Of a stretch of DNA of 64,000 nt, positions 45,473 to 58,916 are shown piece by piece. Position 1 is the first letter of the stretch. Every line of letters begins with the position of its first letter. Both the position numbers and the translations under genes were made by a program. The DNA is from the human T2T-CHM13v2.0 reference genome, Homo sapiens: NCBI RefSeq assembly GCF_009914755.1, contig NC_060925.1. One strand, written 5' to 3'. The notes beneath the pieces are model-generated. The model had not been told where the DNA came from. It made no database searches and saw only the letters and a list, made by a program, of their open reading frames with translations.

Positions 45473-47819
45473 CTGGTGGGAAAAAAATCAAGAATGGATC
45501 AAATAGGCTACGTGAGGAGGTAATGACTCCTCTGCTCCTAGAAGCATTCAGACCTAGGCTCTGTGACTGTTCAGTGTGGCCACAATTTGAGCATCAGGGG
45601 ATGGGGCTGCAGGCTGCCCTGCTTTCAAGGGACCTCAGTAGTTCTGGGAATCCAAGGGCTGGCAAGGAAGCCACATCCTCATACAGCTCCTGCTGACATC
45701 TGCCCAGGCTGGGTCTGTCCCTGTGGTTTCCTGGGGGCCGTAAGCGCTGCCACTGTCCTGCATAGAGGGCTTCCTCCGTGCCCTCCTCCAGTCACACACA
45801 CACCATAGAGCCAGGCAGTGCCTCCAGACCCACTCCTATATCTTGCCCAGTCTCTTGCCTGACCCTTCCCTAGACCCACGATGTGCCCCAAGCCTCCTCT
45901 CAGTCTTGCAGACCTTCCCTTGCTCGTGGCCCTCCTTTGCCCAGGAGAGGGATGGTGCTTCCCAGCTCTGGACCCCATAGCCCAGGCCAGCCCAGACTTG
46001 CCCAAACTCAGTGCCTGGTAGCCCCCTTCCCTTACACATCCTGGGCTCCCAAGCCCCCAAGCCTCAACTAAAGCTCAGTCCCTGTGTTTGAAGGCCCTGT
46101 GTGTCTGAGATGAGCCCCGAGCTGGGCTGGCCTGACACCTTCCCACAGGAGTCCCCATGTGTGTCCTGACAGGAGCTCACACACCCAGTCCCATATCTGC
46201 AGGACAAAATTCTCTCGACAGCCTAAGGCCCCTCGTGTAGACATGCTTACTTAAACATGGCATTGTATGTCACTCACCCATCTCATTTCTGCATCAGAAC
46301 CAGTTGGTTCAATGTCCTTGTCCCAAAACAGAAAGCTATAAATTCCTTCGTTCAATTTGATGACATAAGTAAACATGGATTCAAAGAGTTTAGCTCCAAG
46401 GTTGCTCAGTGTGAGGAATTGACTGTGACTAAGGATTTATCCATCATGAAGCTGAAGGACTCTCAAAGAACAAACATGGCAACAGCAATAAATCAGGAAT
46501 TACAGAAATAACAGCAGACACATAAGTCCTTCCAGGAGGCTGCCTCCAAGAACTGGGTAAGACAAGACCCCAGGACTCCTGTTCTGAGCACCTCCCAGCA
46601 GGCACACCCAAGTCAATCTGCTCTGTCAGTCCTCACCTGAAGAGGCAGACTTAAATTCCCACTCATCAAATGGGAAGATTGAGATCACACAGGCTAGCGT
46701 GTGGCTGATCTGGGGTGCCAGAGAAAAAAATCAATCGCACCTGCCCAAAAAGGTTTCAGGATGCTGCTGGAGAGACAACCAAGAGCAGCTAACAGTGCGC
46801 TTAACACTTACTGAATGGCTATTTTGGCTAGGCAGTTTTCTATGGCTCTTTGTAAGTATCATCCTACACTGTGTGTATTAATACATTCAATGCTCACAGC
46901 AACCTTCTCAGAATAATACTATTATTGCCTGGCATTTTAAATCCAAAAAAATCAGGCCCCTGAGAGGTTATGCAAGCACACGGTCATATAGCTGATAAAA
47001 AAATGCTTTTTTTTTTTTTTTTACTTATTTGTTGTTTCTTGCCAGTGTCTACCACTAGAATGAGGGGAAAGGTTGATAGCTGTTTCTTCAGTGCCCAGCT
47101 GAGTGCATAGCACATTGCAGATGTTCAATAAATATCTGCTGAATGAATGTCTGACTGGGCCAGGACTTGAACCCAGTAGTCTGGTTCAGAACTAAGCTCA
47201 TAAACAGTCAAATAACAGTGCAAAGTCAAATATTGATCCAGGAAAATAATGCAAGTGTTGTCACAAGGTATTGAGAATAAATTTCAGTTAGGTATAAGGA
47301 AGACCAGGAGGGCTATGATACCAGGGTGGGTTGGTAAGGAAGATCTGAAATCTTCTTATCTAGAACTTGTTAGAACTAATCAAGGTCAAAGTGACCTCTT
47401 CATACCCCTCCCTACATAGAGGACACAAAAAACCCTGTCAGGGAAGAGCAAAAGGGGTTAAAGTATTAGCCAGCCAGGGTTCCTACAGGGCGCAAGGAGC
47501 CCTAGTTTTCTAAGTTCCCCACGGCAGATGGCTTACTCCATTACTCTGACTCCTGCTCCCTGGACTGCTGACTTAAACCCTCTCAAGTGTAAAGGGACAT
47601 CCCATGGCCCACCCCTAAACTGTGCATCAGTTCCTCTGCCTGGATCCCTTAAAGAAAGTCATCCCTTTGGCCGCAACCCCACCCCAGAGCTGGGAAATTC
47701 CAGGTGAGAAGCCTTGAGCTCTCCGGCTCCAAGATCTAGGAGAAGCTTGGGCAGGACTTCCCTTCCCTCATCTGCAAGGCCCAGGAGATGCCTGAAACCA
47801 GCGCCTCACAGCCTGCAGT

Positions 47820-47960
47820 GAGCAGACATATCTCCTGGTCTTTTGCCAAAAGTGGATTCTGACTTAGTCCATATGAGATGGGCCTGAAATTGGACATTTA
47901 TAACAAACTTCCAGGGGATGCCCCTGCTGCTGGTTCCTGGGCCACATTTTGAGAATCCCA
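47820..47960 (+). mobile_element. MER5A/MER5B-like hAT-Charlie MITE
   Basis: gattctgacttagt...gggcctgaaatt...taacaaacttccaggggatg...gccacattttgag. Confidence 0.7.
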
Positions 47961-48687
47961 CTTTCATTTGTTTGTTTTCTGCCAAAACTTATTCTTCAAC
48001 TAATCTTAAGAAAGGACATAGTTATAAATCTATATAAAGACTGCATACCCACAAGGGTGCTTAGGAGGGTGTCCACCCTTTCATTTAAGGGCCTTCTGTG
48101 TGCCAGGAACAGGGATTAAGGTGGACAACTGTCCTCGTCCTCGTGGAATCCACAGTCTACACAGGAGACAGTTAAAGGAGCAAGCCCAATGCAAGATGGG
48201 CAGTGTGGAGGCCAGGTGCCCTGGGGACTAACGGAAGACTTCCTGGAGGAAGTGACATTTGAGCTGGACAACTGGAAAGAGTGTATTGTGGGATCCCTGG
48301 CCCAGGACTCTCCAGCTGTTCCTACCAATGCCCGCCAGCCCTTCTCCGTCAGGCTTCCTGACTATTTTTGTCGTTTGTCATGGCCCACTTGGAAATAATA
48401 TTTGTAGGAGATAAATGGGGGAGACAGCTCACAGCCAGAGGGCTAAGCAGATCACTACCCCAACACACACCCCTAACCACTGGGGCACCCGGTTGGGGGC
48501 CTCCACCCCAAGCCCACTCAGACATGCCTGTCCTAAGGAGCATACGGCAAGGGCCCCCACAGTACACGTGGAAAGTGCTTGATGATTTTCAAATCACTTT
48601 CACATAGGTTTTCTCATTTGAGTCTCACAACCAGGGCAGGCGTTATTGACCCCGTGTTATTGGTGGGGGGAAGAAATGAGCTGTGAA

Positions 48688-48718
48688 ATGATTCAGCAGG
48701 GCCCATGGTGAGTCAGCA
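48688..48718 (+). promoter_or_regulatory. Tandem ARE/MARE-like motifs (candidate NFE2L2/BACH-sMAF/AP-1 element)
   Basis: ATGATTCAGCA at 48688-48698 and GTGAGTCAGCA at 48708-48718; motif match only. Confidence 0.4.
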
Positions 48719-49634
48719 CCAGGACTAGGCGGGCAGGCCTACAGAAGGACGTTCAGGCCTCAAAATAGGCTAAGCTGCATTGCCACAAATTTTTAAAAGA
48801 AGAAAAATGATGATGTGGAAGTACCACCCTTCCTGGGGGGAAAAAACAAAAAACAAACAAACAAACAAACAAAACACTGTCTGTTTCTCTTAAATGCTCT
48901 AGACTCTTCCCACCTTCACATTTCAATGGTTGTCCATTGAAATCTATACATTGGCTGCTACTGCCCCTAAGATTCTGAGAACACCTGGCGAATCTCCTCC
49001 ATGGTGAAAAGCTTGCCTTTCCTCAATACAGCAAAAGCCCTGTAAATGGAACAGTCCACAGTTCGGGAAGACTCGGTGACATAACCTAGAAATAGTTGAC
49101 TCTAAGCAAGTAGAAGCAATTGCCGATTCAGGATACACACCAGACTTTTCCACAGCTGCGTCAACAATAGCTATAGGAAAGAAATCAAGACAGTACAGGA
49201 GGCTTTGGCCACAGATCCCAGGTACCTAAATCAGCCAAGCTTTGGAAGGAAGCCACTTCAAATGTTCATGTTCAAACAATGCTGCAATATTTCTTTGTTT
49301 CCATTGAGGTTTCCACTGAATAACAGCTGTCAACAACTCAGGAAGACGGTGGTTTGGTCCAAGTCTTTCTTCTTTGTAAGTGTTCTTTTATAAACATTAT
49401 ATTGCTCTTTTCAGCAAGGGCAATATAAAGGCATGTACAATTATTCCAGAGGGGCCACATATGTCCACATGTGTTCATGGCTTTATTTAGTGTCTGCATC
49501 TGAGAGGTGAAACAAAAGTCTAACATATTTTTAAAAAGTATTCTTAAATATATTGTTGAAGGAGGAGGTCATGGAAACACTTTCTCCTATCTGCTAGAAG
49601 GGTCCTCTGGTCTCAACAAAAGTTTCAATAGAAG

Positions 49635-50173
<539 letters not shown>

Positions 50174-50292
50174 GCATGCCCAAAACAAGTTTTGATAAAA
50201 TTTTTAAAAACTATCATCATGCTGAAAAGAATCTAGGAGATTTTAAATGTTTATTATACTCTTCTGCTTCATGTTTAACAATAGCCCATGTG

Positions 50293-50584
50293 GGCTGGGC
50301 ATGGTGGCTCATGCCTGTAATCCCAACAGTTTGGGAGGCTAAGATGGGAGGATCACTTGAGCCCAGGAATTTGAGAACAGCCTGGGCAATATAGTGAGAC
50401 CTCATCTCTACAAAAAAAATAGTAAGAAAATTAGCCAAGTACAGTGGCCCATGCCTGCAGTCTTAGCTACTTGGAGGCTGAGGCAGGAGGATCAAGGCTG
50501 CGGTGAGCTATGATTGTGCCACTGCACTTCAACCTGGGAGAGAGTATGAGATCCTGTCTCTAAAAGGAAAAAACAAAGAAAAGG
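50293..50584 (+). mobile_element. AluJ with right-arm deletion
   Basis: Perfect 13-bp TSD aatagcccatgtg at 50280-50292 and 50585-50597. Confidence 0.93.
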
Positions 50585-51289
50585 AATAGCCCATGTGACT
50601 TCACCTAATCATGAACTCTGCATTCAGAGTACCTGATCTGCTGTGCATACTCAGGAATCGTGGACATCCGGGACTGCTGGGCCTCCCATGCCCGTCCCCA
50701 GCCAGGCCAGTGTCTGAGCCATGCCCTGCAGCAGCAGTGCTCTGCTTCCTGGGCTGCCCATAGGGGCTGTAGGCAAGTTCTCACCCGGCCCTCTCATCTG
50801 GACAGCTACATCTGTCACAATGGGTTCAAGTGACCGAACCAATGAGATCACAGGAAAAAGTCAAGAACTGATTCTTCTAACTCTTTGCTCAGCTAGCCAA
50901 AGCTTTTGGTGTTTTCAGTCAACTGATTCCAGGCAAACATTTCCTAGGTTACAACGTGCAGCCCACCTCACCACCATCTTGAGACAGCTCCACAGTTGGC
51001 TGTCAGGCTGGACAGTGGCTCAAGGGCACAGTTGCGGGGTACATTGTCTCTCACCTGCTGTCCAGGAGTGCCCTGTGGGACTCACCAGGAGGTACATCTT
51101 GTGATGGATGTTGAAACAAGAAACCCAAACATTGCTGGAAGGACGTCTGCTTTCTAGTTCTGAAATCGTTTTTCATCTTTCCTCCATTAAAACAGTTCTT
51201 CTGAAGTCATTTTTTTTCCATGGATAAGATGTGTTGTCTTCCCAATGCCTTGCCCATAGACAAACCCCAAAACAAGAATACTTATTGCT

Positions 51290-51480
51290 TATGGCTTGCC
51301 TACCAAGGGCCAGAGGCCCCACTCTAGCATCTCTTGTAATTTTCCTAAGAGCCCTGCAGGAGTTTTTATCCCACTTGAGGGATAAGGGGAATGAGGCTCA
51401 GAGATGTCAAGTAACTTTCCCCAGCTCACACAGCCAGGGAGTGGCAGAATCAGACTCAACCCCAGATCTGCCTCCCTCCA
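51290..51480 (-). mobile_element. MIR
   Basis: atgaggctcagagatgtcaagtaactttcccagctcacacagcc. Confidence 0.78.
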
Positions 51481-52385
51481 TAACCACACTACCTCTGAAA
51501 AGAAACACAAAACTTGGAGAGCTCCACACCACACAACTCACACCGATCCTGAGTTCAGCTGTGACATCCGGATATTTGCAGAACTCTGGGTCAGTGATTG
51601 AAATGATCTGTTTTCAGAACAGAGGCCGCCCCAGATGCTAACCACCTCGCAGCCCCCTGTGGAATGGCTACCACCCAGGAGGCCCTCAGGAATGATGTCT
51701 AGTCACAGAATTCAACGTTGAATGCTATTTGTGTTAGTTGCCTGGATGTAGCCCATTCAATAATTCAGCATCAGAATGATAACAAACCACATGAAAGAGA
51801 TCAGCACATGCTGTGGAAGGCTGCTTGACAGAGCAAGGCAACACCACGGTATCAGGTTTTCCCCTAAAATTAGTCTCCATACGGTACTCATAACGCTGTC
51901 TGGACTTCAGGCAAAGAACTGGCCGGTTGGCAGCATCCATTTACAGAATACATTCCCACAGCGTACCTGGAAAATCACATTCACATCTAACACCGAGGAT
52001 CTGGCCAGCCCTTCCGTGGGAAGCGAAGCCAAGGTGAGAGAAAGTATCTCTGATGGGGCGGAGGAGAACAGATGGGCACAGGGTCTGTACACGCCCCAGT
52101 GAGTGAGGAAGGGCAGTCCGTCCAGAGGGCAGGTGAAAAGCAATACCTAGAACATTGATGGAGGCCCTTGTCTGTTCCAGGGGGAGGGGGCTCAAGGGGT
52201 CCCGGACCCCTTTCTCTCAAATTCAGGCAAACCAATGCTCCCCAACCCCAGCTGACAAGCATCGGCTCTGACCTCATTGCCTTGTTTGTAAGCCCTCCCA
52301 CATCATCTGCAGGGGTGAGCATGCATAATCAGGCAAAAGAAAAGACCTTGGAACATGTGGTTCTGGAAAATATTTCTAGTTAATT

Positions 52386-52565
52386 CAGAGGTTCTCCAAC
52401 TTCATCGTGCATCAGAGCCCCCTGGCAGGCTTGTGAAAACACATGTTGTGGGCCCCAGCCCCAGGGTCTCTGATTCAGCAGGTACTGGGTGGAGAATTTG
52501 CTTCTCTAAGTTCCCAGGTGATGCTGATGATGCTGGCCCAAGGACCACACTTTGAGAACCACCAG
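52386..52565 (+). mobile_element. MER5A (hAT-Charlie MITE)
   Basis: cagaggttctccaactt...gcatcagagccccctgg...ctgattcagcagg...ttcccaggtgatgctgat...gaccacactttgagaaccac. Confidence 0.9.
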
Positions 52566-53249
52566 TCTAATTATTTAAAGTAAGTGATCTAAGGGCATGA
52601 GAACATTGCTCTGAATAACAAGGATATTATCATCGAATGCCTCCCATGTGCCAGACACTTTACTGCCTTGGATATTTACAACCCCCTTGCCAAGTAGGAA
52701 TTAGTATCTCTGCTTCACAGACTAGAATGCTGGGGCTCAGGAGTTGAGTGACCTGCCTAACATTGCACAGCTCATGATTGAGGGAGCCGAGATTTTAACT
52801 GAGGTCAGGATGACTAGGACCTTCCTTCTTTCCACCTCCTTTCCCATCTCATCTGGTGACCCTGGGACAGGGGAAGGATTCACGAAAACCCTGTGTTCTG
52901 ACAATGCCAAGTGCCACGCAAGCCGACTGAAAACCCAGCTCACGGACAGGCCGGCCACCTTTGGGGATATGATGTTCACAGGCACTTCAGGTCCCTAAGC
53001 AGTGACAGATGCCACAGACTCTGAGCTGGCCTGGCAGAGAATCAGGTGACAGGTGGACTCTTGAGTTACACCTATCCTCAAAGAGCAACAGTGCCTTCCA
53101 TTTGAATGGCGTTACAGCTGACGGTCCTCACCTCCAAGTGTGGGGAGGAAAGTTGAGTCTGTGATAGACAAGGCGTGCACTTTAGAGGCGGAAGTATTGT
53201 GTTGCCTGTGCGCCCTGCCAACTCGAAGAAGGAGAGGAAGGAAAAGCAA

Positions 53250-53415
53250 CTACTACTCACTAAGTACCTACTGTGAGCCAGATTACTCTTCATACCAACC
53301 ATCTGTTTTAGGAATCAGGAAGCTGTGATCAGAGAGGTTAAGTAACTTGCCTCAGGAGGCACAGTGAGTAAGAAACTGGGAGATGGGACTTGAACTCAGG
53401 TCTCCCAGAAGACTC
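53250..53415 (-). mobile_element. MIR
   Basis: cagagaggttaagtaacttgcc...gggacttgaactcaggtct. Confidence 0.8.
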
Positions 53416-55912
53416 CATCTGTGCCCACCCTCTGACAGGCCTAACAAAATCTCGGGTTCAGAGCAGATCCTTAAAGCCTTCCAGTCCAGCTCCCTGGTTA
53501 GGCTCATGAGACGGCCACGATGTGTCTGCCCAGTGACAACCAGCACAAACCGGAAGGTCCACCCCTCTCTGCCGTGTCACCTGCTGAAATTCCCCTTCTG
53601 CCTTAACATTCCCTCTGAACAGGAAAGAACATTTTCAACACCCCAACACCTTCCCAATAAGGAGTTTGGCAAGGGCAGGGCTGCTCCCCAATCCATGTGA
53701 TTTTGAGGTTGATTTCACCAAGACACAAAGAACCTCTCGTCCTTTCTCACCAGCTCCACTTGCTGGGGCAGGAGCAGCTGCCTTCAGCCCGGAGGAGGGC
53801 TTTCCGAGACACCTGTGCCACAGGTAACCTGAGCTGGAACCTCAGTTCTACATAACTTGTACCTGGGGAGTTTGTGCCTCCCAGAGCCACAAAACACAGA
53901 TTCAGGCAGAGCCACAGTGCAAACAGTCACGCCTGCTCTCCAGAGCCCAGCATGACTGCAGGATGACAACATACCCCACCTGGGAAAGCAGGCACCAGCC
54001 CTGCACAGACACCGCCTGGCCTCCACGTCAGCCTCTGTGTTGCACCGTCTCAGCCACATCTTTTCACAGATAAACCTCTGAAGTTCCCCCTACCCCCACC
54101 CCCATGCCCAGAGTTTCAGCTTCATAAGGTGCATAACCAGAAAAGCACTTGAGGGTAAACTGGGTTCACACTGGGCTCAGCCCCAGGGCCTCAAACAGTT
54201 CCTAGAGGAAAAATTCAGCCAGGCAGCAGAATCCTGAATCTTCTTCTGCTTTGGGGTGCAGAGAGAGCCTCCTCTTACATTCCAAAGCAGTCTGTCAGCC
54301 CAGGACACATGGCGTTGTCACACTTCCCAGCAATGACCTTCTGATCTGAATTTCTGCCAGACTAAACATCCGGGCACCAGGGCGCAATGGAGAAGCCGCC
54401 GCCATTCACTGAGGTTGCTATCTCCTACCGTTTAGTGTTGCCTCTTGCCTTGTTTGATAACAAGATGTTGTGTGTCTCAATGTAAATACAATCAGAGGCA
54501 GCATATGGCTCGCAAAACACCATTTACAACTATTAGCGTGCACCAGCTTTCTGCTCAGCTACGCTCCACGCTGCCATGGCGCAGAGTCGTGGGGGTCCGC
54601 CTTCTCCTTGGCCTCAATCTGTCTGCCGAGGCTCCCTCCGATGCTAATGAGAAGGAAGCATGTGGGTCCCGGGGAGACCAAGTCTCAGCATGCGGCGCTC
54701 AATGAAGTCAAGCAATCGTCCAAAGTGAAATATTGAATTGAAATGAACCTGCTGTTTCTGCAAGAAGATGTTTTTGGGCTAAGGCAGTTTCAAGATGCAA
54801 TCCAACCAAAACATCCGTGAAACCAGAGAAACGGGGATCCTTGAGAACAGTCGCATTACAGCACAATTTAAATACATTCTGAATGTGTTTTTAGACATAC
54901 CTAATTTCACCGGGCTCAAAGCTCAACTTATGGAGGGGATCGATGAATCGTGGGCGTCGTTACAGTCATGGGTTTTCCTTGTGAGAGTCTTCCAACTTTT
55001 TCAAAATGCGAGATTTTGCCAGGGTGATCTGGGCCAGCCCTTATCTTGCCACGCTGGTTGTAGAAATCTTAGTGGTGACCCTTCTGTAACTTGGACACCA
55101 TGAAAATGCTGCATGGGCCTTATCGACTCACACATTCACTTTTTGAAAATTTTTGTTTGTATGCTCATTCTATATGGGAATGCCGATCACATTCTGGGTC
55201 TCATTTTCAGACCCTCAGGGACAAGAAACTCAAACCTCTTCTCCATATCTTTTGTCCTATGTCTTTGGGGAAGGGGAAAAATACTACTGGGGCGGCCACA
55301 GTCAGCCAGGAGAGAATCAGGGGACCAGGTGAAGTGAGCAGGTAGAGGGGAACTGATGCAGCACAGGGCCTGGGGGAAGATACAGCAAATAAGTGAGATC
55401 AGGAACACGGTGAGAGCAAAGACAGGGTCAGACACAGGTCAGACCCAATCAGGACAGGGCCCACAGAGTGCAATCCAGCCTGAGACAGTGCCTGGACAGA
55501 AGCTTCCCAGAGAGATGACTGCAGCTGTTTCAGGCCTGCACGTGCTACAACCTTATGCCAACTACAAAAGGATACTCTTAGTCTGGGCCAACTGACCACA
55601 CAGCCTTTACTCCAACTCTGCACCACTTCAGGAACCAACTGGAACAGAAGTGACCCATGGAGCCGCCCATGCCTCTTAAAAGCACCCTTCTGTCTAAGAA
55701 GGATGCCTCATCCAGAACCCCTGGAGCAAGGATAAGTCGCTACCAGGAGGTAAAAAGAGACAGCCTCGAGTGGTTATTCTTCAGCAGGGTCTTGCTCTAT
55801 ATGAGTAGTCAGCACTCTCAGGAGACACAGGCAAAAGGGACTCCTCCCCTGAGATGGTTTAGACAGCGCCACAGTCACAAATGCAAACAAACAAACAAAA
55901 AAATGTAATTTC

Positions 55913-56088
55913 TTTTTTTTTTTTCTTTTTTCTTTTTTTGAGAAGGAGTTTCCCTCTTTCGCCTAGGCCAGACTGCAGTGGTGCTATCTCGGCTCACTGC
56001 AAGCTCCGCCTCCCGGGTTCACACCATTGTCCTGCCTCAGCCTCCTGAGTAGCTGGGATCACAGGCGCCCACCACTGCGCCCGGCTAA
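55913..56088 (-). mobile_element. AluY right arm, AluYk11/12-like
   Basis: Reverse complement gagatagcaccactgcagtctggcctaggcgaaagag; TSD aaaaa(t/c)gt(a/c)atttc. Confidence 0.85.
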
Positions 56089-56599
56089 AAAAAAACGTCA
56101 TTTCATTAATGCTCACGGAGGTCCCTCAGTCGCTTGGGATCCAGCACTCATAATCCCAAACATCCACTCTTGTAGCCAGGAAACCCTTCTCCGTGGCTTC
56201 CCCATATTTTTTGCCCTATGTCTTTGTGGGGAGGGCTAAGGAAAGCCGCTCCCTCCAGGTGCCATGGAGGTCTGTGGACTGCACTGTGGCTGCTGATGTC
56301 GGAGAGGACAGTGTTTTGGAGTGGGAGATGATTTGAGTTGCTGACTAATATGGGTGAGAGAAAAGACAAATTCATATGACCTTTTCCCTCGGATACCATG
56401 AATGAACAGATTCTTGCATAACGAATAATCGTTTCCCAGTGGAGCGGTTCACCCATTTCCCCACCTCTCTTCCTGCTCTGATTCCTGTTCCTGGAGATAC
56501 TGAAGAAGTAACATGGTATTTGCAACAATGGTACAAGGTAGCAGAGGAATATCGTGCAACATTTAACAATTCCTGTTATTCTTAAGCCAGTATCTACGT

Positions 56600-57381
56600 C
56601 GATCTACATGCACCCATGCATGATGTAAAACAGAGCTTCTTTAGGTTGGCAACTGGATGGAAATTGAATGCTAGAAATGTGAAGTATGACTTACAAAAGT
56701 ATTTAATAAGATTTTGTTTCATTTACAGAAAATCAAATTTAAAAGTCAGTTTTATTTCAAGAATTTTTATTTACCATTTTGACACTTATTAATTATAATT
56801 TGTAATTTTGCGTTTGACTTTTCATGTTAATGTTACAAGAAAAAATAACTTCTTTGAAAATAGATATGAGAAAATGCCTCTTTGATGTTTTCACATGTAT
56901 TTTCTCATTTTTGATGAAAATATATTCAAATTTTGCATACTTTAAATACATTTACATTTTTAAAATCCTTTAGCTCATTGCTATCAATAGAACAAAATTA
57001 TGTAAAAATGTTCATTGTAATGACAGAATCTGTGATCACGATGAAATTAAGGCAAAAAAATTAAGGAAGTAAATATATGATCGTTATAAATTATGAGTCT
57101 TTATTTTGTTAGTCATTCAAACAAAACAAAAGAATATTTAAACCTGTATGGCAATAATTGATTCAGTCGTTTTTTATATCTGCTAACTTTGGATCATGTA
57201 AAAACTATAGCTTTACCTAATTTTTCAATTTTGTCTTTATGCATATTTTTGAAGTATGAGAACAAACTGTATTTTTTCTAACTCTTTGTAAGCTTGATTG
57301 ATATTTCTGTATATTTGGGCAAACGAGGGACTTTCTCTGCACTCCTGCCCTGGGCTCTGCATATGTTAGAGGTAGACCCTT
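56600..57381 (+). mobile_element. Zaphod/MER115-family hAT-Tip100 DNA transposon remnant (transposase C-terminus and right end)
   Basis: Terminus tgccctgggctctgcatatgttagaggtagaccct resembles the MER115/Zaphod end. 56975-57063 reads SLLSIEQ-(frameshift)-LCKNVHCNDRICDHDEIKAKKL, like a hAT dimerisation-domain end. Left boundary uncertain. Confidence 0.65.
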
Positions 57382-58916
57382 CAGTATGAAGAGGATGAGG
57401 CCACACACACACAAACATGGAGGGCAGGCAGTATCCGTTTTCCTTTAAGTAACCACCTTTAGATGACTTCAGAACACCTTCAGCTTTTGTTTACAGAAAT
57501 TTCGTTTGGCCTTTGTAGGAACTTTTCTCACAAGTCTTGCGTACCCAGCACGTAGCTCGGTGCCTGACACAGGAGCCATTCAATCAGCATTTGTTGACCT
57601 TCTGCACCTGACAAGCCACCCCGGGTGCTGTAGCTTCCACTCTTCTATTCATTACACATGAGAAGAGAATATGAAACCTCAACAGATTGTGACTGAAGTC
57701 TAGATGGTTTCATCAACAGCTGTACATCCCCCAAAAGGAGATACTGAATTGGATTTCACTCATAGGTCACAATTCGACACAACTGTAAACTGTCACCATC
57801 ACCCTCAAACACAGGGGTGCCATCACTCCAGAAACAGGGGCCTGAAAAATCTTATTATTATATCCCTTAGGTGGCATGCATCACAGGGCACCAAAGTCCC
57901 CCCTTCCTTTGTTTCTGGAAGAAAAAGGACCGCCATGGGAACCGAGCTGCTGTATCTGTGAGTGCTTCACAGCAAGAGAAAGTGAAGAGGTGTGTGGGGT
58001 AGCAGAAGGCAGTATGACAACCCAGGCTGGGGAACAACAGCTGAGCTTCACATCACAAGGGGATGCATTTTCAGCCAGCCACACACACACCCCCCAGGAT
58101 GCCAGGTTGCAAAACACTCAAATTCATCTGGAAGCAATAGCACCACCAAAGATCATTTTCACCAAGTAATGAAACAGGTCAGACCACCTTTTTCTTATCT
58201 ACACATAACAGATTCATTTCTCCCAAACAGTAGGTATAGTATTGTCTTTGCCCCTGGGGTTAGTTCTTCTCAACCTTTTACACAAAATGGCACAGGTATA
58301 AAATAATATTTCTGTGGCACGCAGGGGTAAATGGGAGGCTGCTGTTCAAAGCAGGTGATTGGCCCAGGACTTCTGGCTGCTGCTGGCCCCAAGGAGGTGG
58401 GAGTCACAGAATTTTGGCACAGCTGAAATGCATTTGGCACAGGCCTCAGTCCATCCATTGGGAAGCCTTGCTACAAGACGATGCCTTTCCTAATACAGTT
58501 CCAGAAAGTAGATGGAAGGGGTCCTTTATAATCGTAGATGCACCACTCACCAAGGGAAGGGGCTGAAGAAAGACCTGCCATACATTGTGTGAAGTGGCTC
58601 TGCCTTCAATTTCATGGCCAAAGCACAGTCCTGCCCACTTGAAGAAATAGGATCTACCTTAGGAAGATGAGAGAGGTCCTTGGAGGCTTTACTCCTGATT
58701 TCCTCTTCTCGTACCCACTTTCCCACCAGGGAAGAGCTCCCTGCCCTACTTCGGGATCTTGACTTCCCTGGTGGGCTCCTCAGATTCTCCCCTCACTCAA
58801 ACAGAGAGGGCCACCCAGCAGTGATGTTCCCTGCTCCTTTGGCAGAGCTTCCAGCCGCCTAAGATGCTGCCTCAACAGCATTTACATGTTTAGGCTTTCA
58901 TCTCTAAGGAATTTTT

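Noticed and set aside
52470-52480. TGATTCAGCA ARE-like motif
   Set aside because: It lies in MER5A as a one-base variant of the recalled consensus, is a single copy and lacks the 5' purine.
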